DNA of 64,000 nt from Antedon mediterranea (taxonomy: Eukaryota; Animalia; Echinodermata), in contig NC_092675.1 of the NCBI RefSeq assembly GCF_964355755.1, forward strand, positions 5,823,812-5,887,811. Direction: 5' to 3'. Positions 25,470 to 37,138 of this stretch are shown piece after piece. The notes below the pieces were generated by a model. That model was not told the origin of the DNA and ran no database searches. It saw nothing but the letters and a program-made list of their open reading frames with translations. The translations under genes were made by a program, and so were the position numbers. The stretch's first letter is position 1, and every line of letters starts with the position of its first letter.

Positions 25470-26495
25470 ATGTATGGAACTAGATGTAAATTCATATACA
25501 TATCTATCGTTGTTCTATTCTGCCAGAACAGTTTTGCTGTTAGATTTGCCTATCAACCAATGGACCATTCAGTAGCAGAGGGAAGAGAAGCGTATGTTAA
25601 TTGTATTTTTAGAGATATCCAAGAAAACATGAAGCGCAACTATGACGTCATCTGGACCAAAGGTGCTTATGTTATCAGCCAACCAAGTAATGGATTTGAT
25701 CTGGCACGATTTACTTTTCACAATCGATATGATGATGGAAGACACTTTTTGAGAATTAGACCAGTCAAGAGAGAAGATACAGGAGATTACCAATGTTATT
25801 TAAAATATAATGGTAGTATCCTTCTTACTTCAAGTATTGGGAAGCTCAATGTGCGTGAAATACCAACAGATGTATTTCCAATTGTACGCTTTACAAAGTC
25901 GGCTTACAACATCGACGACATTATCTTTGTGACTTGTGTATGTGAAAAAACAACTCCTCAACCTGATTTAAAGTGGGACACAGCATCACAATTTTATTTT
26001 TCACATCAAAAATGGCCAATTATATCAAATAATACACACAATTGGATTGAAGAATCAGAAATAGCATCCGCCCTTATGAATGGCTCTCGATAAGTATGCA
26101 AATTAAAAGTACCAGATGAAGTTGCTCCAAGATATGCTGAAAGCGAACCACTTTACGTCATAAATAAAGATGTCAATAAAACTGCTAAGCGTGTGACATC
26201 ACCAGAAAGAAAGTATATGACATGGACATCAATGCCCCATTTGCTAAAAACAACCAATCTGAAGGCGTCAATCCTAACTGATCCTACAAAATCTGTAGAA
26301 CCAGTAAATATATTATATATTGGCATAGGAATAGGCATTATAATTGTTGGAGCACTCATAATATTTGGTCAAGTATGGTCATATAGAAAAGATCGGGCTT
26401 ATAAATTTTTAAAGAAAAATGAGAATAAATTAGATAAAGAACCCTGTTTGAAAGACGATCCCCAAAACAATTGTCAAGATGAAGACGACCTTTAA
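25470..26495 (+). pseudogene. IgSF family A copy A2, single in-frame nonsense codon
   Basis: TAA at 26091-26093 replaces the Tyr of NGSRYVC. The same frame continues through stalk, TM (ILYIGIGIGIIIVGALIIF) and tail to 26495. Confidence 0.85.
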
Positions 26496-27629
26496 AAGTA
26501 AACCTTAGAAAGATATTAAATAAATAATGTATTAATAATTTACAATAAATAAATCACCCAGAAACCTTTTCGTTTAAATTATTAGAAAAAAAGCAACAAT
26601 TTTAGGCCTAAATGAATCAAAAGAAATGAGAAAATTAAAAATGTGTGTTTACCCACGTCACACAGTCAATTAAACAAAAGTACAACTTTCAACAAAGTGT
26701 AATCAAAAGAAATCGTACACTTCAATCATAACCACCAATAGTACACCTGATAAAACTGTAATCTTCATTCATGTTTATCTACTATATTTTATCATGTTTG
26801 TAGTGGTGTGTCAACGGAGACAGTACCTACACTTGACAAATATTGATATATGATTAAATGTGTTTATTTTTCAGGAACTGTGACCATAAATGTTCATTTT
26901 ATTGTTTAAGTAATCTTAGCACATGCCTAAGACAGCCACTATCCAATACCAAGTTGATTGGTCGTTATATTGTTACATAAACATAATAAATTTAAATGTG
27001 GAATTTACAGCATAATGACGCCTTCTATACATAATTGTGTAATATATAGGGACCTTTTACTTATATAATCAATTCAAAGCTGTTATTGGTCTCAAATATA
27101 TGCTAATATATTTCTAATAAAAATGCTATGTTTATAAAAGAATTGTTTGATTTTGTTTTGAAAGTCATTTGGGGGTGGGGGGGGGGGTTCTTGTTGGTGG
27201 TGATATTGATTACAATAAAAGCTGATGTGCTGATGATGGTGGTGATGATGATGATAATAATACTAGTTATCATTTTAATCATGATGTTCTTAATGAGATA
27301 TTTTATATAGCCATTTTATATAATTATACCAATGTATCTACTCTGCTGTAAAGATATTGCTCATTTGAAAATTAGCTATTATGCAGCTTTTTAATTTTTG
27401 TTTATTAGGCCTACTTTTTATAATTATGAGTAAATTCAAGAAAATATTGAGAGAAAAAGGAGGGTAATAGAAAGAGATATATTAACGAACATCTATAAAA
27501 TATATTTGTGATATATGACGAACGAATAAAAGCGGTAGTTTACACTACAAAAGAGAGCAAAAACAATAATGGTTATGATTATAATTCAAAATACAATGTT
27601 ATTAACTTGATGCGACTAACGATAGGCTT

Positions 27630-27935
27630 ACCACAGACACATGACGTAAATGGGTTGTTCGGTAGGCCTACTAAATGTACAAACAACAATTGTCAAAGGA
27701 AAAGTTTACAGAATGATAAGATCATAATCACGTTGCTATTTGACTTAGGCCTATACCCATATACTTTTTTTAAACAGTACCCTGTCTAAACAATAATAAT
27801 CTATTATGATTATTGCTTAACATGTTTATGAACGGCTAAAGTAAAACAACTTTGACTTAATATGAATAGAGCATTCGAGTTGGTTACATCGTGTCGCCAA
27901 AGAGTACATTACAATTACATCATATCATTATCAAG
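27630..27935 (+). promoter_or_regulatory. Conserved upstream non-coding module of family A genes (promoter/first exon candidate)
   Basis: TGTACAAACAACAATTGTCAAAG..GATCATAATCACGTTGCTAT..GAGCATTCGAGTTGGTTACA recurs wholly or partly at ~16830, ~25015, ~27630, ~43130, ~50630, ~59950. Confidence 0.55.
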
Positions 27936-28174
27936 GTAGGCTATTTGTAACTTTTTTAAATAATATAATTGTATTAACATTCCCAGAATTTTATAAGCTC
28001 GTTTTTTTAGATAAATAATACGACCAGTAAACAACAAGTATATTTACCCTACTTTAATCAATTCTTTTTTTAAAAAGATTTATCATCGTAAAGACTAATG
28101 TATTAGGCATAAACAGTATTTTTTTATAACGAACACTGTACTCCACTGTAATACACAATATTACTTGTTTTTAG
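27936..28174 (+). other. Putative 5'-UTR intron of family A genes (shown for A3)
   Basis: AAG|GTA donor and pyrimidine-AG acceptor conserved before every A ATG: 17132-17412, 25275-25455, 27936-28174, 43388-43680, 50898-51034, 60210-60464. Confidence 0.7.
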
Positions 28175-28198
28175 GATAATATTAGAACAGAAGCGACA

Positions 28199-29335
28199 AT
28201 GTATGGAACTAGTAGATGTAAATTCACATACATATCTATCATTGTACTATTCTGCTGCCAGAACAGTTTTGCTGTTAGATTTGCCTATCAACCAATGGAC
28301 TATTCAGTAGTAGAAAAGGGAGAAGCATACGTGACCTGTCTCTTTAGAGATATCTCAGAAGAAATGGAACGTAATTACGACGTCATCTGGACCAAAGGGG
28401 CTTACATTATCAGCGAACCAAGTAATGGATTCGATTTGGAACGTATTACTATTCACACTCAATATGACGATGCAAGACACTTTTTGAGGATTGATCCAGT
28501 CAAAAGAGAAGATGCAGGAGATTACAAATGTTATTTTAAATATAATGGCAATATCCTGCTCACTTCAAGTATTGGGAAGCTTACTGTACGTGAAATACCA
28601 TCAGGTGAATATCCAATCGTAAGGTTTAAGAAGTCATCTTACAATATTGGAGAGGTTTTCGTTGTGTATTGCTTATGTGAAAAGACAAACCCTGAACCAG
28701 AGTTAAAATGGGACAAAAAATTACAATTTTCGAGTGTACGTGATAATTGGCCAATTACAGCAAATGATACACATATCTGGATTGCAGAATCGGAAACAGC
28801 AACTACCCTTACAAATGGCTCTTACTACGTCTGTAGTTTAAAAGTACCAGATGAAATTGCTCCAAGATATGATGAAAGCAAACCGCTTTATGTCGTAAAT
28901 GAAGATTTTAACCAGTCAACAAGCGTGATATCACCAGAAACAAAACCGGCTACAACCAAACCTGTTTCATCCAAACCTGTTATGACAACAAATACAAAAG
29001 TATCAAAGATAGTAGAATATGAATACCCCAAACAGAATGTTTTTTTAATTGCATCTGCTGTCGTCGGTATAATTACGGCACTGATTTTGTTCGTCATTCT
29101 CATTTTCTTTTTTTTCGGCATGTTAATTAAAGCTACGCTAAAATTTCATGCACCAGCAAATAGAGATTCTGTGATTAGGAAATCTAACAGCGTCAGCGTC
29201 GTACAACAAGGCCCGAATAAACGTCGTGACTCGTCGGTGCTGCTTGAGTTGAATACTGACCGCAAAACGAGTCTTGAGATAGCGTCGGGCGTAGTCTTTG
29301 GGTCATCGGGAGAATCGTCGTACGACGCTGTCTGA
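28199..29335 (+). CDS. IgSF family A copy A3: 378-aa type I membrane protein with two Ig domains
   Basis: Signal peptide; domain 1 FAYQPMD..C..WTK..LRIDPVKREDAGDYKC; domain 2 C..NPEPELKW..NGSYYVC (CD80-like C2 pattern); T/P/K-rich stalk; TM; tail ending SSYDAV. Confidence 0.92.
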   Translation: MYGTSRCKFTYISIIVLFCCQNSFAVRFAYQPMDYSVVEKGEAYVTCLFRDISEEMERNYDVIWTKGAYIISEPSNGFDLERITIHTQYDDARHFLRIDPVKREDAGDYKCYFKYNGNILLTSSIGKLTVREIPSGEYPIVRFKKSSYNIGEVFVVYCLCEKTNPEPELKWDKKLQFSSVRDNWPITANDTHIWIAESETATTLTNGSYYVCSLKVPDEIAPRYDESKPLYVVNEDFNQSTSVISPETKPATTKPVSSKPVMTTNTKVSKIVEYEYPKQNVFLIASAVVGIITALILFVILIFFFFGMLIKATLKFHAPANRDSVIRKSNSVSVVQQGPNKRRDSSVLLELNTDRKTSLEIASGVVFGSSGESSYDAV

Positions 29336-30775
29336 TTTTGTTCTTTAGATGCCAACATAGCCATGGTACACGACAAAGTGAATTCAACTTCATTTCGCCA
29401 AAAGCATCTAAAACTATTGATAGAACTTTTTTTTTAACCATCATTTTAGACATTTGCATTGTTTTAGATTGTTTATAACATTTTTTCTTTTTAATTGTGA
29501 GTCTCAAGTTTTAACTTTTTTTAACGTATTGTAACATTGTTATGTAATCATGTATTGTATGTTGATTTTGACCGAATAAATGAATGAATGAATGAATCAA
29601 ATTAAGGTTATCGCAATGGTTTTATTTAGGAATGCAATTTTACCGTAACTTAAAAAAAAGGAAATTAGGATACGGTACCGTATTTTTAGCCACTGCGGTA
29701 TTTAATTTAATCCTAATTTGCAGTAGCATTTTTTGGTAAGTAACTTCACGCACGGTTCGTAAATAAACACAAAAGCCAATATGAATATCGCCACCAACGG
29801 CCATATACTTAGTTGAAACTAGAATGTCGCAAAGTGATGACTCACCGACACGGAAATTACCTTTTACCGCGTTCCACGTACCGTTAAAAATCTACTGATG
29901 AAATTGTGCTTTAAAAATGGATATCTTCTTACAATATCATTAATATACTGAACACTAATGTTATCGAATCTACGTTTCACGGTACATCTTTACAAAAGTT
30001 TTTCCATTGTGCTCGCCTCCTATGTCAGAAAAATTAAGCATAAAGTAGGCCTATATAGATAATCATTTTTATTCAGATTAAAATGACGATTTATAGCACT
30101 TTCCAAACAAAGCCTTTGTATATAACCTGCAAGATATTCCAGATTATTTTATTTTAGGCAAAAATCAAATTGAGTTGATATTTAAGTAAAACCAATTATT
30201 TAAATAAGATAACATTTATTCTAATAATAAAAAACATTAAGATGAAGTTGCTGTAATGGGCCAAGGGAAACACGTCATAAAAGAATATTTGAAAGAGTCA
30301 ACTGATACATGGGTGACATCACCAGAAAAAATAAAATACTATATTTCATGAGTTTCAGTATTTAGTTTTTATGAACGATTGGCATCAACTATTTATTAGA
30401 AAAAGAAACATTATGTCTTTTGATTTATTTATAAACTCTTCAAATTATTGTTTCAGTATTCATTGCATTGCAGTGATGTGTCAAAAACTCAGTACGAGGA
30501 AGCCTATGACAGTCAATAGAGGAATAGGTTAAACCAACTAAGATGTTGTAATTAAGTTGCTTATTGAATGATGCAAATGAAAACGTAAAATTTTAACAAT
30601 TTTAAGATTATACGCATCAGCTTTTAAAACAGGATTTGTCTCAGTAGCTACAGTTTAAAAAATAATTAAACTTGAAATAACTAAAACGCATTAGAACAAA
30701 AATATTTGTACTTAAACTACCACGTTCACATATCAGTCACGTCAATTTAACGTTAGCACACAAATTATGGATAAT

Positions 30776-31954
30776 TTACGGACTTGTAATTTTGTCAAAA
30801 TATCTCAGACACTGCAAGATAGTAGTTATGATAAGATAAAGAAACATGATTGACTGAACTGATAGGAGAAGTATTGTAATAATAGAATTCACAAAAGTTT
30901 TAGATGTCTGCGGAGGCTTGGATTCATCAGATGTGAGAGTTTTCTCAGAAGCGTAAGGAACTTTAGTGCTGGTTTCTTCGTATGCTAAACATTCCACTAT
31001 CTGCATGGTCATCGTCGTTGATTTCAAAATATCTCCAGCATTCACTGTACACGTTATATTTTCTCCTTGCATTTCACAAGAAACACGTCTGATAAACGTG
31101 TTGGATAAATTAGCTTGTATTGCCTCACCAAAAATTGCATCATTTGTTGAATTCCATCGAAATTGTATTTCTTCCTTGTTTATCTGTTTATATTTGCTAC
31201 TTTTAGCTGAGGGTTGTTGTTTCCATTCAAAGGCATTGCACCAAATTGTTGCCGACTTATTAATCATAAATTCTGTTGCGTTAATGTTGACCACAATACG
31301 ACGTTTGATAACAATGGTAGATGTACACAAATGTGGTACGTTATTCGTTGTCATAGTGCATGTGTAATCATTTCCCTCATCTCTATCCATTGCTATGAAC
31401 ATAGCACTACTAATAACCTTGTTCTTATTTGTAGTATTAATAAAAACTGTGTGTTTAGGAAATTGTTCCGCATCCCAGTACAGTTTTAAAGATGGATATG
31501 GGTATGTTTCACAATTTAATGTGACATTGTCACTGACGAAGTACTTTGGTTTTGAAGGGCTACATTCCGGTTCTGAAGGAATTGGCAGCACTACTAGTTG
31601 CATCTTACCGGAATCAACAAGTAATCCATTGCCTTCATATATACATTCGTACACGCCACTGTCTGTTTCAATTACGTGTGAAAAAACAATTTCTAGCCTC
31701 AATGTACTTCTTAACATTGACACTACAGATCTGTTAGTGTTAATTTCTACATAATTTTTCTTCCATATTGTATTTTTGATGACCGTTTGTTCTTCAAATC
31801 CTTTATCAATATCAAAATCACAGTAAAATGTAAACTCTTTACCGGCAACAGCATAACTAATACCACTTCCCGGATAGCACTGTAGAATGTCAGTTGAGCT
31901 AATAATGGACAAGAAAAGAAACAGATAAATGAGAACCTTTAACAAACGACTCAT
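30776..31954 (-). CDS. IgSF family B copy B2: 392-aa type I membrane protein (V-type Ig, C2-type Ig, third Ig-like domain, TM, short tail)
   Basis: ATG at 31954 follows an acceptor-like TTCAG|T. Signal peptide MSRLLKVLIYLFLFLSIISS; FYC..WKK..DSGVYEC; C..YPYPSLKLYW..YTC; WC..W..ITC; TM ILLLSVQSIMFLYLII. Confidence 0.92.
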   Translation of the reverse strand: MSRLLKVLIYLFLFLSIISSTDILQCYPGSGISYAVAGKEFTFYCDFDIDKGFEEQTVIKNTIWKKNYVEINTNRSVVSMLRSTLRLEIVFSHVIETDSGVYECIYEGNGLLVDSGKMQLVVLPIPSEPECSPSKPKYFVSDNVTLNCETYPYPSLKLYWDAEQFPKHTVFINTTNKNKVISSAMFIAMDRDEGNDYTCTMTTNNVPHLCTSTIVIKRRIVVNINATEFMINKSATIWCNAFEWKQQPSAKSSKYKQINKEEIQFRWNSTNDAIFGEAIQANLSNTFIRRVSCEMQGENITCTVNAGDILKSTTMTMQIVECLAYEETSTKVPYASEKTLTSDESKPPQTSKTFVNSIITILLLSVQSIMFLYLIITTILQCLRYFDKITSP

Positions 31955-33017
31955 ACTGAACGAATGGAAATGCGTCCCAGTGTAAAAATACGACCAACTT
32001 ATGTGATTCAGTACAATAACTAAACAGACTGTAGACCTACGTACTCTTGTGGTTTGATAAACTCTTGTTTCTCTTAATTCCATTATTTTCATTACTAGTT
32101 TCAATTTGTTTTAAATTTGTATACACCAATAAAATCCGCTATTTATTTGGAATAGAAACATTGTCTTTCCATTCATCAATCGATCAAACGCTTTGATCTA
32201 AATGCCTGATATAAATATTTATATTTAATTTACGATTTTACACATTTCATTACGCTAATTGATACTTTTAATTTCTCATTATATTTAGATTCGACTTCTT
32301 TTTTTCACATTAATACAAAAAGATGGCAGATATTAGCTGTTAGAATTGTCAGTATTACTATTATTTCATTTAAAAACAACTTCATACAAAATGATCGATA
32401 GGAAACTAAACGTAAAGAATTATCAATGAAAACGTTAAAAACACAAATGCCATTTTTAGGTACGCATTACAAAACGTCAGAAAATATGAACATGGGAACA
32501 TTACCAATACATGGAAAATTAAGATGTATGTAAAATAAACTACAGTAAACATTAAAATTTCAATTAATTGGTTTTATTACAGTCGAGGATTTCAATTTCA
32601 CATTTAACCTTGTTTTGATTATTGGATCATTTTACCCCATAAATAAATTATTCTTTGTTTTAATGGATTATTATATTTCTGACTTTCTCAATCTCTTTCC
32701 ATTCAAGTTGTTTGTTTTATTTTTTTTTCCTGTAAATAATTGCCTTAGCTTGAAATCTATCGCACTTTTATTCCAAAGATATACCAGATGTTTTTCTTTT
32801 AAGCAAAAATAAAATTGAGTTGATATTTAAGTAAAAGCAATTATTTAAATAAGCAACTACAGTTTAAAAAAAATAATAAACTTTAAATGACTAAAACGCA
32901 TTAAAACAATAATATTTGCACTTAAACTACTACCTTCATACTAGTCACGTCAATGTAACGTTATTACACACTTTTCTATTACGCGGTTGATACATTTAAA
33001 CACAAATTATGAATACT

Positions 33018-33888
33018 TTACGGACTTGTAATTTGGTCAAAATATCTCAGACACTGCAAGCTGGTAATTATGATAAGATAAAGAAACATGATTGACTGAA
33101 CTGATAGGAGAAGTATTGTAATAATAGAATTCACAAAGGTTTTAGATGTCTGCGGAGGCTGGGATTCATCAAACGTGAGAGTTTTCTCAGAAGCGTAAGG
33201 AACTTTAGTGCTGGTTTCTTCGAATTCCTCTATCTGCGTCTTCGTCGTTGATTTCAAAATATCTCCAACGTTCACTGTAGGCCTACACGTTATATTTTCT
33301 CCTTGCATTTCACAAGAAACACGTCTGATAAACGTGTTGGATAAATTAGCTTGCATTGCCTCGCAAAAAATTGCATCATTTGTTGAATTCCATCGAAATT
33401 GTATTTCTGTTGCGTTAATGTTGACCACAATACGACGTTTTAAAACAATGGTAGATGTACACAAATGTGGTACGTTATCCGTTGTCATTGTGCATGTGTA
33501 ATCAGTTCCCTCATCTCTATCCATTGCTATGAAAATAGCACTACTAATAACCTTGTTCTTATTTGTAGTATTACTAAAAACTGTGTGTTTAGGAAATTGT
33601 TCCGCATCCCAGTACAGTTTTAAAGATGGATATTGGTATGTTTCACAATTTAATGTGACATTGTCACCGACTAAGTACTCTGGTTTTGAAAGGCTACATT
33701 CCGGTTCTGAAGGAATTGGCAGCACTACTAGTTGCATCTTACCGGAATCAACAAGTAATCCATTGCCTTCATATATACATTCGTACACGCCACTGTCTGT
33801 TTCAATTAGGTGTGAAAGAACAATTTCTAGCCTCAATGTACTTCTTAACATTGACACTACAGATCTGTTAGTGTTAATTTCTACATAG
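33018..33888 (-). pseudogene. IgSF family B copy B2', 5'-truncated but otherwise open
   Basis: Same truncation point and same 34-aa deletion as B1'; frame open to the normal stop. Confidence 0.85.
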
Positions 33889-34233
33889 ATACATGTAAAG
33901 AGAAAGTGCACATAGTTTCTTCTTTAAACACAGCTACCGCAAGCCGGCATTAGCATTTGGATCATTTGGGATATTTGATCGCAGCCTAAATTTTTAAAAT
34001 GCACATTCAAAATCATTAGCTCAATATTATCTAACCAAATGCATCAGTAGTTAGGAATAATTAATTACAGTATATGGCCTGATACGAACACACCATTAGC
34101 AACACGGACATAATAAATTATAAAATAATAAAATAAATACACACTAAGGGATTGCAGTAAACCGTTTCAAAGTTTCTCCATGCAAGTATATGTTACACCA
34201 CTGCACCTGATAAATTAGCTCCGTTATATAAAA

Positions 34234-34356
34234 AACAAGGCCATATATATATGGTCGCGTGCTCAAGTTAGTGTTTACCGACTAACCGACCGACCGACCG
34301 AACAACCAACCGACCGAAATAGTGAGCTGTAGAGTCGCGCTGCACGCGACTAAAAA
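34234..34356 (-). mobile_element. DINE-1/HINE-like mini element (duplicate of 23478-23592)
   Basis: Same structure at the equivalent position in the duplicated segment. Confidence 0.7.
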
Positions 34357-35520
34357 CAAAAAAAGAAACAAAAAAAAGAAACTAGCTGTATCGGTGATTA
34401 GACCTATTGTTTTCATAATGTTCATTTTATTGACGCTATTTGTTAAATTAGCAGAAATGTAGTCTTATTGAAACCATTTTATATCAGTCAATTTCTTCAT
34501 AATTAGGACGGTTTGTTGTCATGAACCCTATGTTTTAAAGAATTGTTTGGTTTTGTCGATGTACAGTATTGTTGGTGGTGATTACAATGATAGCTGATAG
34601 CTTTGATGAGGATGATGACGACAACGACGGTGGTGAAGAATGGGATTATGCATTATGCCGACGATAAAAATGGCAATGACGATATAGGCCCAACTCATGA
34701 TGCAGAATACAATTACAACTTATTGATGCTCTAATTTTAAGGATATGTCGTGTCATAGACACATTAATATTGAACTAGTGACACTGAATGTTGTGTACGA
34801 ACACACTTGTCAAACAAAGGCAAAGTTCACAAACAGATAAATTTCATAATGCTATTCGGCTTATCCATTATAAAGTATCCTTAATCTTTTTAAAAACTGT
34901 ACCTTGTCCTTTGACAAAAAAAGTAAACATTTTCCTATTATGATTTCTGTAACATGTTTGATAAGATAAATATAACATGTTTGTTATCAGCGTTGACACT
35001 TTTTTAAATGACATGCATAAATGAAGTTATTAGGTGCCTCGGATCACATAAAACGGTTTTATTGAGAATATCGAAGAAAGAAGTAATAATGTACAATAAT
35101 GTCTTGTCTTGTTTTGTTTTCATTTTATATTTAGTATCTATTATCAATAAAGAGGAATTGATTATCAATAAAGAGGAATTTACTAACAATACATCGAATG
35201 AAATATATCTTTGTTACTGTTCTGTGTATTTTCTCTATAGACATGTTGTACAGTATTATTATTTTAAAATGAGCGAAATGCGTTTAAGTCACCCACACAA
35301 TATTGAGGAGTAGTACCTTTAAATTACAAGCAGTCATAAAATACCCAATTAAATAAATTCTAAAAATACACAAAAAAGAAACAATTCTTTTGGCAAGCCT
35401 TTTATTTCGTGGATACACACATATAAATAAAAATGTTTGGCCACAAGTATAACATCGGATTATGGATGTAAAGTAACCTTAATATCCACATCCAATGAAC
35501 AGCATACAGTATTGTACATA

Positions 35521-35598
35521 AGTTAGTGTTTACCGACCGACCAACCGACCAACCGACCGACATAGTGAGCTGTAGAGTCCCGTTGCACGCGACTAAAA
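35521..35598 (-). mobile_element. DINE-1/HINE-like mini element, partial, at the duplication breakpoint
   Basis: AGTTAGTGTTTACCGACCG..CACGCGACTAAAA begins exactly where homology to 24799 stops. Confidence 0.65.
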
Positions 35599-36945
35599 AT
35601 ATACTACATTTCTACAGAAACTACGTAGGCTGATATTATACAAAATTATGACAAACAACAAATATGACAACAAATACTAATAAAAATAATTTACAAAATA
35701 AAAAGGCAAAATACACGAAGAAAAATGGTTTAGATATTATATTATTTACAATAAAAATTACCAGAAATTAAAATAAAATTGTAATGTAAATATATATAAA
35801 TGTAAATTATATTTGATTTATTATAAACAAACATTATAACATAATAAGATAAGAGTTGAAATACTGATATGAAATACCTGTAGATGTGAAAGTTCAGAGA
35901 ATTGAAGAGGGCGCCACATGGTTGTTATCAAAATATATTGGAAAATCATTTTAGTACTTACCAATTTTATTACTTTTAATAATGAAGTTATCAGTCCTTG
36001 TTTACGATTGTTAACAAACTAATGTCTATAGATAGAATTTACAATATAATGTATAATGGATCTTTTACATTTGCAATAGATATTAACATGGGCCTAAATT
36101 ATGTAATTGATCTACATCATGGCACTCTCCTTTACTGAGTAAGCTGTTATTGGTCTCTACAACTACTGTATAACATCTCTATTTAAATCTCAAATACATT
36201 TTAAAAACAGAAAAGTTTCTGTTTTTATGTATTGTTTTAAAGAAGGAGGTTTTGTAGTGATTATTGTGATCGCTGATTATTACTTATTAGCCTGAACACT
36301 GAACAACTGATACTGCTCAATTGACACATTTAACGGTTAAAGTTTATGCACAACACAATAATAGACATAACAATGGGTTGTTTGATTCTTGTGACGCTAA
36401 ACGTTGTGTACAAACAAAGTCATTTCAACAAAAACGTTTACAGACTGTGATAAACACCGATAAACGATCATAATCACAATGAATAGAAATATCCTTAATC
36501 ATAATGTTTATGGCTGTACGAAAACAAATAGGATTCAAACTAATAATGACTCGGGTAAAAAGATTTTAGAAGGACGTTCTCCTTGCACGTTTTCTGCTTG
36601 ACATTCGTAAAACTAAACCTACTCTGTTTCACAGTGTCTTAGATGATTAATAACATTTTTAATAGTGTTTATTGTTTCCCCATTTTATATAGATGGTTTT
36701 ATACCTAAGGTACACAAGCAAAAGGCGAAGGTTAAGAAACATTCCTGCTGCTGCAGCTCTACCCAGAAAGAGAATTATCACATTCGAGCAGGGAGTTTTC
36801 AGCGGAAAATTAAACCGGAAGAATAAACAAAACTAAAAAAGAAAATAAATCGAATACTATATGGTCCTATTGCGGAAAACTTGTGAAAAATAAGTAGATT
36901 CTAATAATTTAAGCAGTCCGCATTGCGCTTGGATTGATATTTTTG

Positions 36946-37138
36946 TTTTTAGTCGCGTGGACGCGACTCAATAGTTCACTATGTCGGTCGGTCGGTCTGT
37001 CGGTCTGTCTGTCGCTCCGGTATCACTATGCGTTTTATCGCTTTTCTGTACTTTTTGAACTGTTTTGATGTACAGAAAAGTTTTAAAGTTTGTAAATTTT
37101 TTTCTGAGAGCACGTGACTTATGGCTGTTGGCCTTGTT
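36946..37138 (+). mobile_element. DINE-1/HINE-like mini element
   Basis: TTTTTAGTCGCGTGGACGCGACT, (GTCG/GTCT)n, CACGTGACT..GGCCTTGTT. Confidence 0.7.

Larger units (their letters stand above)
30000..35520 (+). repeat. Segmental duplication, copy 2 (B2 + B2' + flanks)
   Basis: Matches 19365-24799. In addition 27500-28880 matches 16700-18120. Confidence 0.92.

Noticed and set aside
27128-27310. Hydrophobic 60-aa ORF
   Set aside because: Produced by a poly-G run and GAT/GGT microsatellite within the A upstream region.
31955-32104. 50-aa N-terminal extension of B2/B1 (and similar extensions of A1, A4, A6) in the ORF track
   Set aside because: They start at non-ATG codons, cross the predicted splice acceptor, are absent in other paralogues and would bury the signal peptide.
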